From a virus: a DNA stretch of 64,000 bases. The notes under the pieces were generated by a model. That model made no database searches, was not told the origin of the DNA, and saw only the letters and a program-made list of their open reading frames with translations. Below, piece by piece: positions 19,048 to 27,791 of this stretch; the stretch's first letter is position 1; each line of letters begins with the position of its first letter. The position numbers and the translations under genes are program-made. Location: IMG/VR virus record IMGVR_UViG_3300048091_000425. One strand, written 5' to 3'.

Positions 19048-20301
19048 TTACTTCTCAAGCATCGTGCTGACGTCTTTGATCGCTTTCATGACTGCCGGGA
19101 AGTCAGCGTTTTTCAACACCGGATCGGATTCATCGAAGCCGTAGCCGATTCCTGCCAACAGGCCTACCAGCGTTTCGTCCTTGTGATTGGCCTTCTGCGC
19201 CAAGAATCGGGTGCAGAACACGCCCATTTCGCGGTCTTCAACCATCAGTTCAGCAACCACCTTGCAGAACTTGATCAGCAACTCGGTCTTTTGCGCGTTC
19301 ACTTTCGCAGTGAACTTGTAACCGGACTCCTCGTTGATTTTGTCGTTCAGGAGCAGAGCGTGCTGACGCAAGGCCTGGGCAACTGCGTAAACACAGCCTT
19401 TGGCGTTTCGTTTTTCTTCAGGCAGTGCTCCCCACATCTTTGGGTTGTCCATCAGCTGGGCTGAGGTTGGATAACCCATCATGGTGATGGCGTAGGTAGT
19501 GAAAGCCGTTGAGGTCTTTTCACCGACCAAGGACTGAACGTAAGTCGCCGAACTTGGGAACAGCATGGATGGCTTGAAGTGGCCGATACCATCCCACTTG
19601 CGCATCGAGCTTACACCGAGGGTCGTCCACAAGCGTGGCGAAGGGCCGCAGTTGTTTTCGTCGAAGCACTTGATGTTCAGCTTTTCATCGCCACGGCTCG
19701 GGGCGAAAAATTCAGGGTTTGCTTCCAGGAAGCCTGCGAACAGCGGATCGAGCATACGGTTGCAAGGCAGATCCAGCCAATATTTGAAGTTGGCCTTGTA
19801 CTCGATCACGTGGCAACGACCGGTCAGTGCCGCACTCCATGGGATGGCGTATGCGCCGTCGGCGGTACCGTTACCCGTCAGGGCGATCAGAACGTTTTTA
19901 CCCAGTTTGTGCTCACCGATCCGACCGAACTGTACCAGCTCGAGGATGGCGTTCTGTACGCTTTGGTCAGCCGCCGTCACGTCGTCGAGCAGCAGAATGC
20001 CGTGGCCGTCGCCGATGTTTTGTTCCAGCAGCGGCAACAGAACGCTTTCGGTGATGGCTTGGTTAACGACCCAAACGCCACGCTCACCTTCTTTTTCGCC
20101 AGGAATGAGTTCCGGGATTGGGTAGGTACCCATGTCCTCTTTGGACTTGCCGGCTACGGCCAGACGAGCGAATGCGTCACCTGGACGGCGCATCGCCATG
20201 ATGGCGTGGGTTTTACCGATACCTGGGCCACCGGTCAAAATCACGCCGAAGTAGCGGTCGACCTCTTCCTGCCTCGCAACCATGTCATATTCAATAAACA
20301 T
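19048..20301 (-). CDS. MoxR-like AAA+ ATPase
   Basis: Walker A GGPGIGKT, Walker B ILLLDD, sensor-1 LTGN, ALTGR arginine finger, PSPRLW sensor-2. Confidence 0.88.
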   Translation of the reverse strand: MFIEYDMVARQEEVDRYFGVILTGGPGIGKTHAIMAMRRPGDAFARLAVAGKSKEDMGTYPIPELIPGEKEGERGVWVVNQAITESVLLPLLEQNIGDGHGILLLDDVTAADQSVQNAILELVQFGRIGEHKLGKNVLIALTGNGTADGAYAIPWSAALTGRCHVIEYKANFKYWLDLPCNRMLDPLFAGFLEANPEFFAPSRGDEKLNIKCFDENNCGPSPRLWTTLGVSSMRKWDGIGHFKPSMLFPSSATYVQSLVGEKTSTAFTTYAITMMGYPTSAQLMDNPKMWGALPEEKRNAKGCVYAVAQALRQHALLLNDKINEESGYKFTAKVNAQKTELLIKFCKVVAELMVEDREMGVFCTRFLAQKANHKDETLVGLLAGIGYGFDESDPVLKNADFPAVMKAIKDVSTMLEK

Positions 20302-20457
20302 GTCTTACCTCATCCACTGCGTTCTGCCTGCTGCGTTTTGACAGCAAAAAAGCACTCATGCATTTAACATATCAATGGAGAAACACCTGGCGCACGCGTT
20401 TCTGCGAAAATTTGCAGGATTCTATGCTGGCTCAGCAGGGAAAGCACGCAAAAGCAC

Positions 20458-20554
20458 AGCAAGCCGCGCTCTGCGCCGAAAAGAGTCACAAGCAAGCCGC
20501 GCCCTGCGCTGGAGTAGATCAAGATCAAGGGCAACAGCAAGCCGCGCCTCGCGC
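20458..20554 (+). repeat. three 19-bp direct repeats upstream of AAA gene
   Basis: AGCAAGCCGCGCYYYGCGC at 20458, 20491, 20536. Confidence 0.7.
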
Positions 20555-20576
20555 CGGATTTGGAGGTAACCCGCCT

Positions 20577-21038
20577 TCAGATCGCGGGAGGGGATTTGGA
20601 TTTTTGCATCATCGCAGCACGAGCAGCCTGGATGATCTTATTTCGACGGGTAAAGGTAAATTCGTCGAGGATCTCGAAGCGGATTTCGGTAAATTTGGCA
20701 ATTTTCTCGTGATAGAAGTCCCAAGGATCAATCCAGCAGATGTTGAAGGTCATGTGACCATCTGGTGTTTGAGGAACTTCCAGGCGCGTGATCAGCCCCT
20801 GTGGACGATAGGTTACGCGGTCATTATGGCGCCCAATAAGCTCGGTCTTCAGCTTGTCATGAAAGCCCAACCGCAGTTGCTGAACCGGCACACCCAAGCG
20901 AGCGGACTCCAACTGCATGAAGCGACTGATTCTCCACACTTGATGATCAGCCCAGCTGATGGCGTTTTCATCGGACGCGTAAAGCGCTTCATGATGCAGT
21001 GTCTTTTTTGACATGAGTTCCAAACCCGCCATATCCAT
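20577..21038 (-). CDS. hypothetical protein
   Basis: 153-aa ORF with protein-like composition; preferred over antisense ORF 20358-21011. Confidence 0.6.
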   Translation of the reverse strand: MDMAGLELMSKKTLHHEALYASDENAISWADHQVWRISRFMQLESARLGVPVQQLRLGFHDKLKTELIGRHNDRVTYRPQGLITRLEVPQTPDGHMTFNICWIDPWDFYHEKIAKFTEIRFEILDEFTFTRRNKIIQAARAAMMQKSKSPPAI

Positions 21039-21177
21039 ATTTCCCGATTATGGCCATAAGCTGTCATACCGTCAAATCCATGGCAAAACACCTTATCCTC
21101 AATTATTGGAGGGACTTATCGGTTTTCATCCGAGTTGAATCAGCAGAGTGTTTCGTCTATTTTTGATCAATTGACAA

Positions 21178-21591
21178 ATGGTGAGGCGAATCACTATGCA
21201 ATTGACGCTATCGCTTGTTGATGTCAATCCTGGGCAATTGGCCGATATGTTTGAGGGTAAAATTGCCCAGCGGCTGATCAACCACCTGTATGTGGAATGT
21301 GCCCTGGATAAAGATGGCATCAGCCGGGTCTTACCGCTGTTGAGACGAGCCTTCGTCAGTTGCGCGAAAGCAGTGACGTGTGAAGCCAAGCTTGCGCCGT
21401 ATACGGTGCAAGCTGACGGTAAAATCGCAGAGGTATCTGCTGCTGATCAGCAGGCCACCCAGGAGCTGGTCAATGAGATGGCGCTGCTGACTGCTCAGGT
21501 ACTTGATGAAAACCGTCTCGAACTCTTACTGAGCTTGGCCACGGTCATGGCGGAGCAGGACGAGAAATGGGTAAAACGCACCCGGCACTGA
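21178..21591 (+). CDS. hypothetical helical protein
   Basis: 137-aa ORF. Confidence 0.6.
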   Translation: MVRRITMQLTLSLVDVNPGQLADMFEGKIAQRLINHLYVECALDKDGISRVLPLLRRAFVSCAKAVTCEAKLAPYTVQADGKIAEVSAADQQATQELVNEMALLTAQVLDENRLELLLSLATVMAEQDEKWVKRTRH

Positions 21592-21695
21592 AACCAGGTC
21601 AATTGTCGTAGCCCTAACGGGAGAAAACGATTTCCTCCAGGCATGGGTGCCTGCCACCGGGGAGTGCTGCTCTCCGATGCCGCCCCTGCCCGCCT

Positions 21696-21947
21696 CTATC
21701 GCGTGCTGTTGTTGTGTGGCCTCATGATCGCGCTCTGAAGAAACGCCTCACGAAAAATCTCGTTTTTCTCCCGAGCCTCCAGCTCAGCTATGGGTGGACT
21801 GACCATCAAGCGGTAACCCTCCCCTGGGTAGGCCGCCTCGAACTCGCTCACGCTGGCCCTGGCCTTGTCCAGGCTCTCACAGAAAGCCGTGATGACGTGC
21901 TGCTTGAGCGTCAGGTTGACGACTGTTACCACGATGGTCTTATCCAT
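21696..21947 (-). CDS. hypothetical protein
   Basis: 83-aa ORF in minus-strand array. Confidence 0.65.
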   Translation of the reverse strand: MDKTIVVTVVNLTLKQHVITAFCESLDKARASVSEFEAAYPGEGYRLMVSPPIAELEAREKNEIFREAFLQSAIMRPHNNSTR

Positions 21948-22004
21948 GACACTGATCCTTTGAAAATGAGGGCCCCGTGAAGGGCCCCAAGCAGCTTATG
22001 AACC

Positions 22005-22601
22005 TTATTTCAGAACAATGCGGCCCTGGTGGTCGACGGTGCCGATCACTTCATCGATGATGATGAAATAGGCCGGGTCATCCTTATCAGCCTCGTCTGG
22101 GTCATAGTCCAGATCAGGAAACTGGCTTGCGAAAAACAACCGTTGGGCCTCACCACTATCAGCGGCAATCACAACTTCGGCGGCATCATCGTCATCGCCA
22201 TGCTCGCGACCAGAGATCAGGAACGCAGTCAGGCCCGCATCAGGATGCACTACGGACGGTGTCGACAAGTTCAGCGTGCGGTACAGCGCTTTCATCTGGT
22301 CTGCACCGGCCACCTCGCATTCAGCAGCAAGATCCACTACCGGGGCCACCTGTTCAACGAAGTGCAGGAGGGCCTGATAGCGCTCGGCCAAAGATGGATC
22401 GACGGCTACAGGCTTCAGCTGATCCTTGAGCGCAGCCAGCACAGCCTGGGGCTCAAAACCTCGTTTGACTTCCAGCTCAGTGACCATGGCGTCAATCAAC
22501 CAATAGGCAGAATTCGCGGTTGCCTTAACGTTGACGGCTAACAGCGGGCTTTGGCCCAGGTCACCGAGGTTGCTAATCACGTCTTTGATTTTCATGTCCA
22601 C
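22005..22601 (-). CDS. hypothetical protein
   Basis: 198-aa ORF directly downstream of the motif-A promoter at 22641. Confidence 0.75.
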   Translation of the reverse strand: MDMKIKDVISNLGDLGQSPLLAVNVKATANSAYWLIDAMVTELEVKRGFEPQAVLAALKDQLKPVAVDPSLAERYQALLHFVEQVAPVVDLAAECEVAGADQMKALYRTLNLSTPSVVHPDAGLTAFLISGREHGDDDDAAEVVIAADSGEAQRLFFASQFPDLDYDPDEADKDDPAYFIIIDEVIGTVDHQGRIVLK

Positions 22602-22640
22602 ATCCGCGTTGGGTTGTATGACCGGGTGAGCCCCAGTTCG

Positions 22641-22676
22641 TGTTTAGAGTATAGTATCAATAAGCCATAATGACAA
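22641..22676 (-). promoter_or_regulatory. sigma70 promoter with motif-A palindrome
   Basis: TTGTCA-17-TATACT on minus strand; TGTTTAGAGTATAGTATCAATA 22641-22662. Confidence 0.8.
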
Positions 22677-22751
22677 TATATGTAATACGTTAAATTACCG
22701 ATAAGTCTGAAATTCCCGAAGAAAAGGGCCTATCACGGCCCTTCTCTTCAC

Positions 22752-23027
22752 TCAGGCAGCCTGATCCAGGCCGTACAACTGAGCATGGGCGGTATGCCAG
22801 TCAGGCGGGAGGTTGGCCACTTCGCCCTGGGCCCACTCCATCACGGCCTGCTCAGCGCCCAGCGCGTACATCGGCACCACATGGTCATAGCGGGCTGCAG
22901 CCACTTTTAGGATGCCGTCGGCGTACAGGCAACTGATGACCAGCTCAATGTCCTCAGGCCTGCCGTAGGTGACCACAGCGCTCCAGGCACTGGCGTCAGG
23001 CTGGGTAGTGATGGATTTGATCCGCAT
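22752..23027 (-). CDS. hypothetical protein
   Basis: 91-aa ORF, AGGAG RBS. Confidence 0.7.
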   Translation of the reverse strand: MRIKSITTQPDASAWSAVVTYGRPEDIELVISCLYADGILKVAAARYDHVVPMYALGAEQAVMEWAQGEVANLPPDWHTAHAQLYGLDQAA

Positions 23028-23041
23028 AGCGATGGCTCCTG

Positions 23042-23962
23042 TCAGACCTGCTCGTCCGGGACACCCAGCGTCGAAGCCCGTGCGACTTCGAGCAATGCCA
23101 AGGCCCGTTCTTTTGCTGCCAAAAAATGCTCCGATTCGCAGCCATCAATGTCAAAGATGCTAAGGGCTTGAAGTTCAGCCAAGACCGAGAAGGCAGCGTC
23201 TCGGCTGGCGAGCAGTTCAAGCACGTCGGGTTCGCTGTAAACGCGTTCCTGCCGATCCTGGGGGCCTGAACTCCAGTGGGTTGCGTAATCCCAAAAGCCA
23301 CGACCGTCCTTCCAACGCCAAGCAGCGACGCGCATTCCGCGCAGCATTTCACCTGACCACGGAGCCTGAACACGAACAAGACCGGCTGGAGATCCGGCTG
23401 GCGCTGGGGCCAAGGTCAAACTCTCGACTGGCAGGTCAATCAGAACAGGATTGCTGATCGCTTCCTGCGTGGCCTTGGCTGCACCAAACCAGCCACCGCC
23501 ACGCCATGCGTTATCGCACATCTCGTACTTTTCCACGGTCACAGAGTCGTCGATATTCACTTTCGCCCAAAAGACCTTGCCATCAATCAGTACGGCAGCC
23601 TCAGCGCCGACGCTTGCGTCGTAAATGCGCAATGCCTTGCCTGGGTTCCGCTCAAGAATCCGGCGATAGCTGCTAATCGCGGTTTGGTGGGTCAGTGGCA
23701 GGTCAATCAGGATCGGGGTTTCGATAGCTTTCTTGGTCGCCTCATGCTCACCGAACCAGCCGCAGCCGATCCAGCCATGACCGTCCATTTCTGGCATATC
23801 GGCCAGTTCAATGGAGCCAAGTTCGCTTTCCTGACCCCAGCGCAACGTGTCACCGTCCAGAACGACTATCACCTTACTGGCATCATACAGGCGCAAAGCC
23901 TTGCCTGGGTTTTGTGACAGGATTTGGCGATAGGTTTCTTTGACCGACTGGTAGGTGAGCAT
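23042..23962 (-). CDS. hypothetical protein with internally duplicated domain
   Basis: Two copies of YRxILxxNPGKALRxYDAS...GWFG...AIxxPxLIDLP; GGAG RBS before ATG 23962. Confidence 0.8.
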   Translation of the reverse strand: MLTYQSVKETYRQILSQNPGKALRLYDASKVIVVLDGDTLRWGQESELGSIELADMPEMDGHGWIGCGWFGEHEATKKAIETPILIDLPLTHQTAISSYRRILERNPGKALRIYDASVGAEAAVLIDGKVFWAKVNIDDSVTVEKYEMCDNAWRGGGWFGAAKATQEAISNPVLIDLPVESLTLAPAPAGSPAGLVRVQAPWSGEMLRGMRVAAWRWKDGRGFWDYATHWSSGPQDRQERVYSEPDVLELLASRDAAFSVLAELQALSIFDIDGCESEHFLAAKERALALLEVARASTLGVPDEQV

Positions 23963-24000
23963 GGCGTTCTCCGGTGTGCGCGATGACTGAGGCAGTCCCA

Positions 24001-24096
24001 ACGAATGTGGTAAATTGCCTTCGTGTTACGACTATAGTGCAAACACACATGCAGCGCTAGACGCTGGGCGAAATAAATTTATCCCTAGCGTCATAC
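24001..24096 (-). promoter_or_regulatory. promoter cassette: motif A + motif B
   Basis: TGTTACGACTATAGTGCAAACA at 24024; AAATAAATTTATCCCTAGCGTCATAC at 24071; gap-free alignment to 26165-26260. Confidence 0.8.
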
Positions 24097-24119
24097 TCAT
24101 ATTGATGCGTCAGGTCGAG

Positions 24120-24887
24120 TTAAGCGACCAGCTCCACCAGGGGGATGCGGCTCATGTGCATCGTGTAGCCGGTGAGCTTTTCCAACGCAACGTACTTATC
24201 AAACAGCTCCGGTCGCAGCTTACGGCCATTCTTCAGGTCGCGCTTGTTGGCCATGATGCAGAACACGCAGCTCAGGCGGTCATTGCCTTCTGCATAGGCG
24301 TAGTGCGGTTTCTGCCCTGCCTGCTCGATGATGCCAAAGACCTCAGGGGACGACAGGTCGTGAATCGGCAGCCACTCATACCATGTGTTGACGCTGTTGG
24401 AGTCGCGCTCATTGAGTCGAAACGGGGCACGTTTAGCCCGGCCTGGGGATTCCTGGGCACGCAGGCCGAGGCAGTTTACGATCACCTTGTAACCGTTGGC
24501 CTTTGCATACCGGCGCACCTCACGCTGGATCGGCCCGCGCTTGAGGTCACTGGTGCATTGACGGGTGGAGGCCGACGGCCAGCTTGGCACTTCCGGGCGA
24601 CTCTCGAACCGGCGTTCAACCATTTCCAGCAAGGTTTTGGTTGCGTGGGCCACGATGAACGGCAAGCCGGCTGCTGCTGCCTGGTCGCGAGCCAGCTCCA
24701 TGGCGCCTGGCCATTCCATTTCACCCAGGGACGCATGGACGACGATCATCTGCGCCGCTGGAACGCGCTCCAGCAGCCGAACCAGCATGGCCTGGGAGTC
24801 CTTGCCCCCTGAGTGGTTGCCCACAAAAAGAGCCCCTGCTGCTATCAGGCTATCGATCTGGTCTTCAAGGGTAGGCATGGTATTCAT
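24120..24887 (-). CDS. PAPS reductase-family (CysH/DndC-like) protein
   Basis: PP-loop NHSGGKDS, RQCTSDLKRGP, LGLRAQESPGRA, WLPIHD, RLSCVFC. Confidence 0.88.
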   Translation of the reverse strand: MNTMPTLEDQIDSLIAAGALFVGNHSGGKDSQAMLVRLLERVPAAQMIVVHASLGEMEWPGAMELARDQAAAAGLPFIVAHATKTLLEMVERRFESRPEVPSWPSASTRQCTSDLKRGPIQREVRRYAKANGYKVIVNCLGLRAQESPGRAKRAPFRLNERDSNSVNTWYEWLPIHDLSSPEVFGIIEQAGQKPHYAYAEGNDRLSCVFCIMANKRDLKNGRKLRPELFDKYVALEKLTGYTMHMSRIPLVELVA

Positions 24888-24951
24888 GAATTATGATCCT
24901 GGCGATGTTCAGTACCGGCTCAGCCCCAATTAAGGGGCTTGTGGCTGGCGC

Positions 24952-25212
24952 TTAAAGGTGGGGGACGTCGTCAGGAACGTTGGAGTCGCGGAATCGGCAT
25001 TTCTCACCGGTGTCCGTCACACCGAGAATCAAACCGGCCTCCTCCCCAACTTCGTCATGGTGTCCGGTGACCTTGACCCAGTCCAATGAATGCCCGCGCT
25101 GCACAAACACTTGGGTGCCCACCGGGTACATCTTGCGCACTGCAGCGATCAGGGCTTTCTGAGCTTCCTTGACATTTTCCGTGGCTTTTTCAACGCTGCT
25201 TTTCATCTTCAT
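24952..25212 (-). CDS. hypothetical protein
   Basis: MKMKSSVEK... start at ATG 25212. Confidence 0.65.
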   Translation of the reverse strand: MKMKSSVEKATENVKEAQKALIAAVRKMYPVGTQVFVQRGHSLDWVKVTGHHDEVGEEAGLILGVTDTGEKCRFRDSNVPDDVPHL

Positions 25213-25280
25213 GTCCCGTGATTTGCTTGGTCTACTACTGACAATGCCCCAGTAAAGGGGCTTGAGCTGGGCGGGGTTGG

Positions 25281-25436
25281 TTAGCGGCTCAGTTCGCCGC
25301 GAATCGCCCACCAGCCTGAATCTGTGTGTTCGACTTGTGCGTCGGCGTAACCAAGCATATTGAGAGCTTTCACATAAGCATCTGCATCAGACTTCAGCGG
25401 GAACCATTCGCGAGGTTTCTTTCCAATAGTTTTCAT
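25281..25436 (-). CDS. small hypothetical protein
   Basis: GGAG RBS, MKTIGKKPREWF..., 51 aa. Confidence 0.6.
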   Translation of the reverse strand: MKTIGKKPREWFPLKSDADAYVKALNMLGYADAQVEHTDSGWWAIRGELSR

Positions 25437-25509
25437 ATCGTCTTGCTCCGATGTGGGCGTGCCTTTACTGACAAAGCCCCAATGAAGGGGCTTGTGGCTG
25501 GCGTGGCGC

Positions 25510-25656
25510 TTACCCGCGATTGACGTTGGCCCACTTCCAGCCGCGTTGCCATTCTGTATTTTTTCGGCTATCGAAGTGTTCACCACCCCGGCAGTCCTGA
25601 AAACCTGCCTGGAACGAGTAGCACTGCTCAATAAGGTAGATTTGACGTTCGCACAT
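25510..25656 (-). CDS. 48-aa Rmf-like microprotein
   Basis: GAGGAG RBS; MCERQIYLIEQCYSFQAGFQDCRGGEHFDSRKNTEWQRGWKWANVNRG; below ORF-track cutoff. Confidence 0.65.
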   Translation of the reverse strand: MCERQIYLIEQCYSFQAGFQDCRGGEHFDSRKNTEWQRGWKWANVNRG

Positions 25657-25690
25657 GGTGAGGCTCCTCGTTGATGGTCTGCCGATCCCG

Positions 25691-26092
25691 TCAGTAGTTG
25701 TAGGACAGTCTCACGATTACAGAGAACTCCCGAGGTTTAGTTCGGTGAGCGTCGGCGTAGTAGCTTGCACAGCCACAGCAGTCGTATTCATGACCACAGC
25801 CACCACCGGACAGCGACTCCTCAATGGCCCGATTCATCCACTTGGTGAAGCTCGGTCGGCCATTACTGACTACACGACGGTAGGTGGCTTTGGCGGCTTC
25901 CAGCTCAGCAGGAGTCAGCACGACCAGCCGTGCGGTTGAGCCGCCATCCGACGCTTCTTCGTCACTCGGCGCAGCCACCACGTAGGACTTGGAAGTACGG
26001 GCGTTGCACACCTGCTCCCAATTGTCCAAATGGGCATAGCCTTGGACGTAGCGAGAGGTCAGTCGGCTTTCGATGCTGATGGCTGTTTTCAT
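25691..26092 (-). CDS. hypothetical protein with CGHEYDCCGC motif
   Basis: 133-aa ORF, first gene after cassette at 26165. Confidence 0.75.
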   Translation of the reverse strand: MKTAISIESRLTSRYVQGYAHLDNWEQVCNARTSKSYVVAAPSDEEASDGGSTARLVVLTPAELEAAKATYRRVVSNGRPSFTKWMNRAIEESLSGGGCGHEYDCCGCASYYADAHRTKPREFSVIVRLSYNY

Positions 26093-26164
26093 GCTTATGC
26101 ACTCTTTTAGTCTGATCTGGTACTGGCAAGGCCTTTGCGGCTTGCTCAGTTGGCAACCCCGAAA

Positions 26165-26260
26165 ACGAATGGGGTAAATTGCCGCCGTGTTATGACTATA
26201 GTCAAAACAAACGCCCAGCGCTAGTGGCCAGGCGAAATAAATTAACCTTTAGAGTTATAC
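26165..26260 (-). promoter_or_regulatory. promoter cassette: motif A + motif B
   Basis: TGTTATGACTATAGTCAAAACA at 26188; AAATAAATTAACCTTTAGAGTTATAC at 26235. Confidence 0.8.
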
Positions 26261-26293
26261 GCCGACCAGCGAAAGACCTCAGAAATAGGGCAA

Positions 26294-26551
26294 TCAACCT
26301 TCAGCGCTATTGTTCACCTGGCGCAGCATTGCGACACCCCAGGAGAAACCGTGCTCATGGGCTGTCACTACCGCGTCCCGAAGCTCCTGACCGGTAGAAA
26401 TCCTGCAGAAGCTGACACGCACAATTTTTACATCGTTACGCATGAGTGCTAGACATGCCCGTAGATCGATCCTATCAATCGTGTAGCCCAGCGCCCTGGC
26501 TTGCTCGGTGACGACTTCGCGCTTCTGCTTGGCTGTTAGATCAGTGAGCAT
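26294..26551 (-). CDS. hypothetical protein
   Basis: GGAG RBS before ATG 26551. Confidence 0.65.
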   Translation of the reverse strand: MLTDLTAKQKREVVTEQARALGYTIDRIDLRACLALMRNDVKIVRVSFCRISTGQELRDAVVTAHEHGFSWGVAMLRQVNNSAEG

Positions 26552-26572
26552 GCTGTTCTCCACCGAGTTGGG

Positions 26573-26773
26573 TTAGAAAGTACGGTTGACCAGCTCGCCA
26601 GTCGCCTGGTTACGAAACGAAATGTCGGAGCGCAGAGGTTCAGTGGTCTGATGCTCGGAAACAACCGCGACGACGCCAGATTCGGTAAACATCACCGCGT
26701 AATGCGCAACATGGCTCGGCAGGTTTGCGCGAGTATTGCCGGCCATGTCGATGTAAACGTCAAAATTGAACAT
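26573..26773 (-). CDS. small hypothetical protein
   Basis: AGGAG RBS, 66 aa. Confidence 0.65.
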   Translation of the reverse strand: MFNFDVYIDMAGNTRANLPSHVAHYAVMFTESGVVAVVSEHQTTEPLRSDISFRNQATGELVNRTF

Positions 26774-26857
26774 TTGCCCTACTCCTGCCGTTGGTGTGCC
26801 TTTACTGAAAATGCCCCAGTGAAGGGGCTTAGTCGGCGGGTATGAGCCAATCAGGGC

Positions 26858-27124
26858 TTATTCTTCGTCCAACCACTCCTCTTCCCCGACCTCATAGCCA
26901 AGGATTTCATTGGCGTGGTCGCGATCCAGGGAAAAGAACACATCGAGCATGCCGGTCACGTCGGGCTCGCTCAGCCTGACCTCAATCACGCCTTTTGCCA
27001 GCAAATCTGCCTGCATGGTCTCGGCCTCAGCTTGGTCTTGGGCTCGCCACCAAATATGACCAACGTTGATCGGTGCTTGGCCGGCTTGGGAAGTGGTGGT
27101 GGCTGCTTTGGATTCTTGGCTCAT
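26858..27124 (-). CDS. acidic hypothetical protein
   Basis: AGGA RBS before ATG 27124 (MSQESK...). Confidence 0.65.
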   Translation of the reverse strand: MSQESKAATTTSQAGQAPINVGHIWWRAQDQAEAETMQADLLAKGVIEVRLSEPDVTGMLDVFFSLDRDHANEILGYEVGEEEWLDEE

Positions 27125-27201
27125 GAGGCGTTCCTTCCTGTAATCGATGAGAGGTTCGAAGGTGATGACGCTGGTGGTCATCACCCGTTGCTGAATCAGC
27201 C

Positions 27202-27642
27202 TTACCAGCCGCGCAGGCCGTGGCTGCGCATCAGAACCGACGTGGAGGTGCGCAGCGGCTCGCGCATGTAGTCCAGCAGGCTTTCAGCGTCTGCATCAAT
27301 GACCTCGTCCAACATTTCCTCAGAAGTTTTGCCGTAATGGTCGGCGATGTTCTTGAGTATCGCCGCCCTGGTTTCATCGTCGACGGCGGTCAGAAACTCT
27401 TTGTTGCGCAGGGCATTGGCCGGAACGGCAGTGAACGTGAAACCTTCAGCAGGACGGCCATCAGCACCTTTGCACTCACGTTGCGCTTTGACGGCAGCGT
27501 CGTCAGCTTCTTCTTTGGACGCAAACACCATGGCCATCTTGACCGAACCCATGCAGGCGGTGCCCCACTGGTCGCACCAGGCGTGGAGGTAATCTTGATT
27601 CTGGCCTTTCGAGCCGTAGGTGCGTTTGATTACGTAAGCCAT
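27202..27642 (-). CDS. hypothetical protein
   Basis: GGAG RBS before ATG 27642, just downstream of motif A at 27665. Confidence 0.72.
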   Translation of the reverse strand: MAYVIKRTYGSKGQNQDYLHAWCDQWGTACMGSVKMAMVFASKEEADDAAVKAQRECKGADGRPAEGFTFTAVPANALRNKEFLTAVDDETRAAILKNIADHYGKTSEEMLDEVIDADAESLLDYMREPLRTSTSVLMRSHGLRGW

Positions 27643-27664
27643 GTGTCCGTCTCCACTCATTTTG

Positions 27665-27737
27665 TGTTTAGAGTATAGTGGCAATACATGGGTAATACCA
27701 GCGCCCCAGAGAAATAAATTAATCTCTAGGGTGATAC
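27665..27737 (-). promoter_or_regulatory. promoter cassette: motif A + motif B
   Basis: TGTTTAGAGTATAGTGGCAATA at 27665; AAATAAATTAATCTCTAGGGTGATAC at 27712. Confidence 0.8.
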
Positions 27738-27791
27738 TGGAATTTGGGCTACTTTAGCCCCAGTTGAGGGGCTTGCATGAGTCTTGCTCGC

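Larger units (their letters stand above)
24923..27774 (-). repeat. five copies of an intergenic GCCCC-N6-GGGGC hairpin element
   Basis: At 24923, 25246, 25476, 26813, 27757, each just after a stop codon; three copies extend to TT(G/T)TCAGTA. Confidence 0.75.

Noticed and set aside
20358-21011. 217-aa plus-strand ORF
   Set aside because: N-terminal part is translated non-coding repeats; the rest is antisense to the more protein-like 20577-21038
21592-21695. Cluster of three short hairpins between convergent genes as a riboswitch or ncRNA
   Set aside because: No recognisable aptamer motif or promoter; compatible with terminators
24923-27774. Integron attC sites
   Set aside because: No RYYYAAC/GTTRRRY ends, elements too short, no integrase in the window
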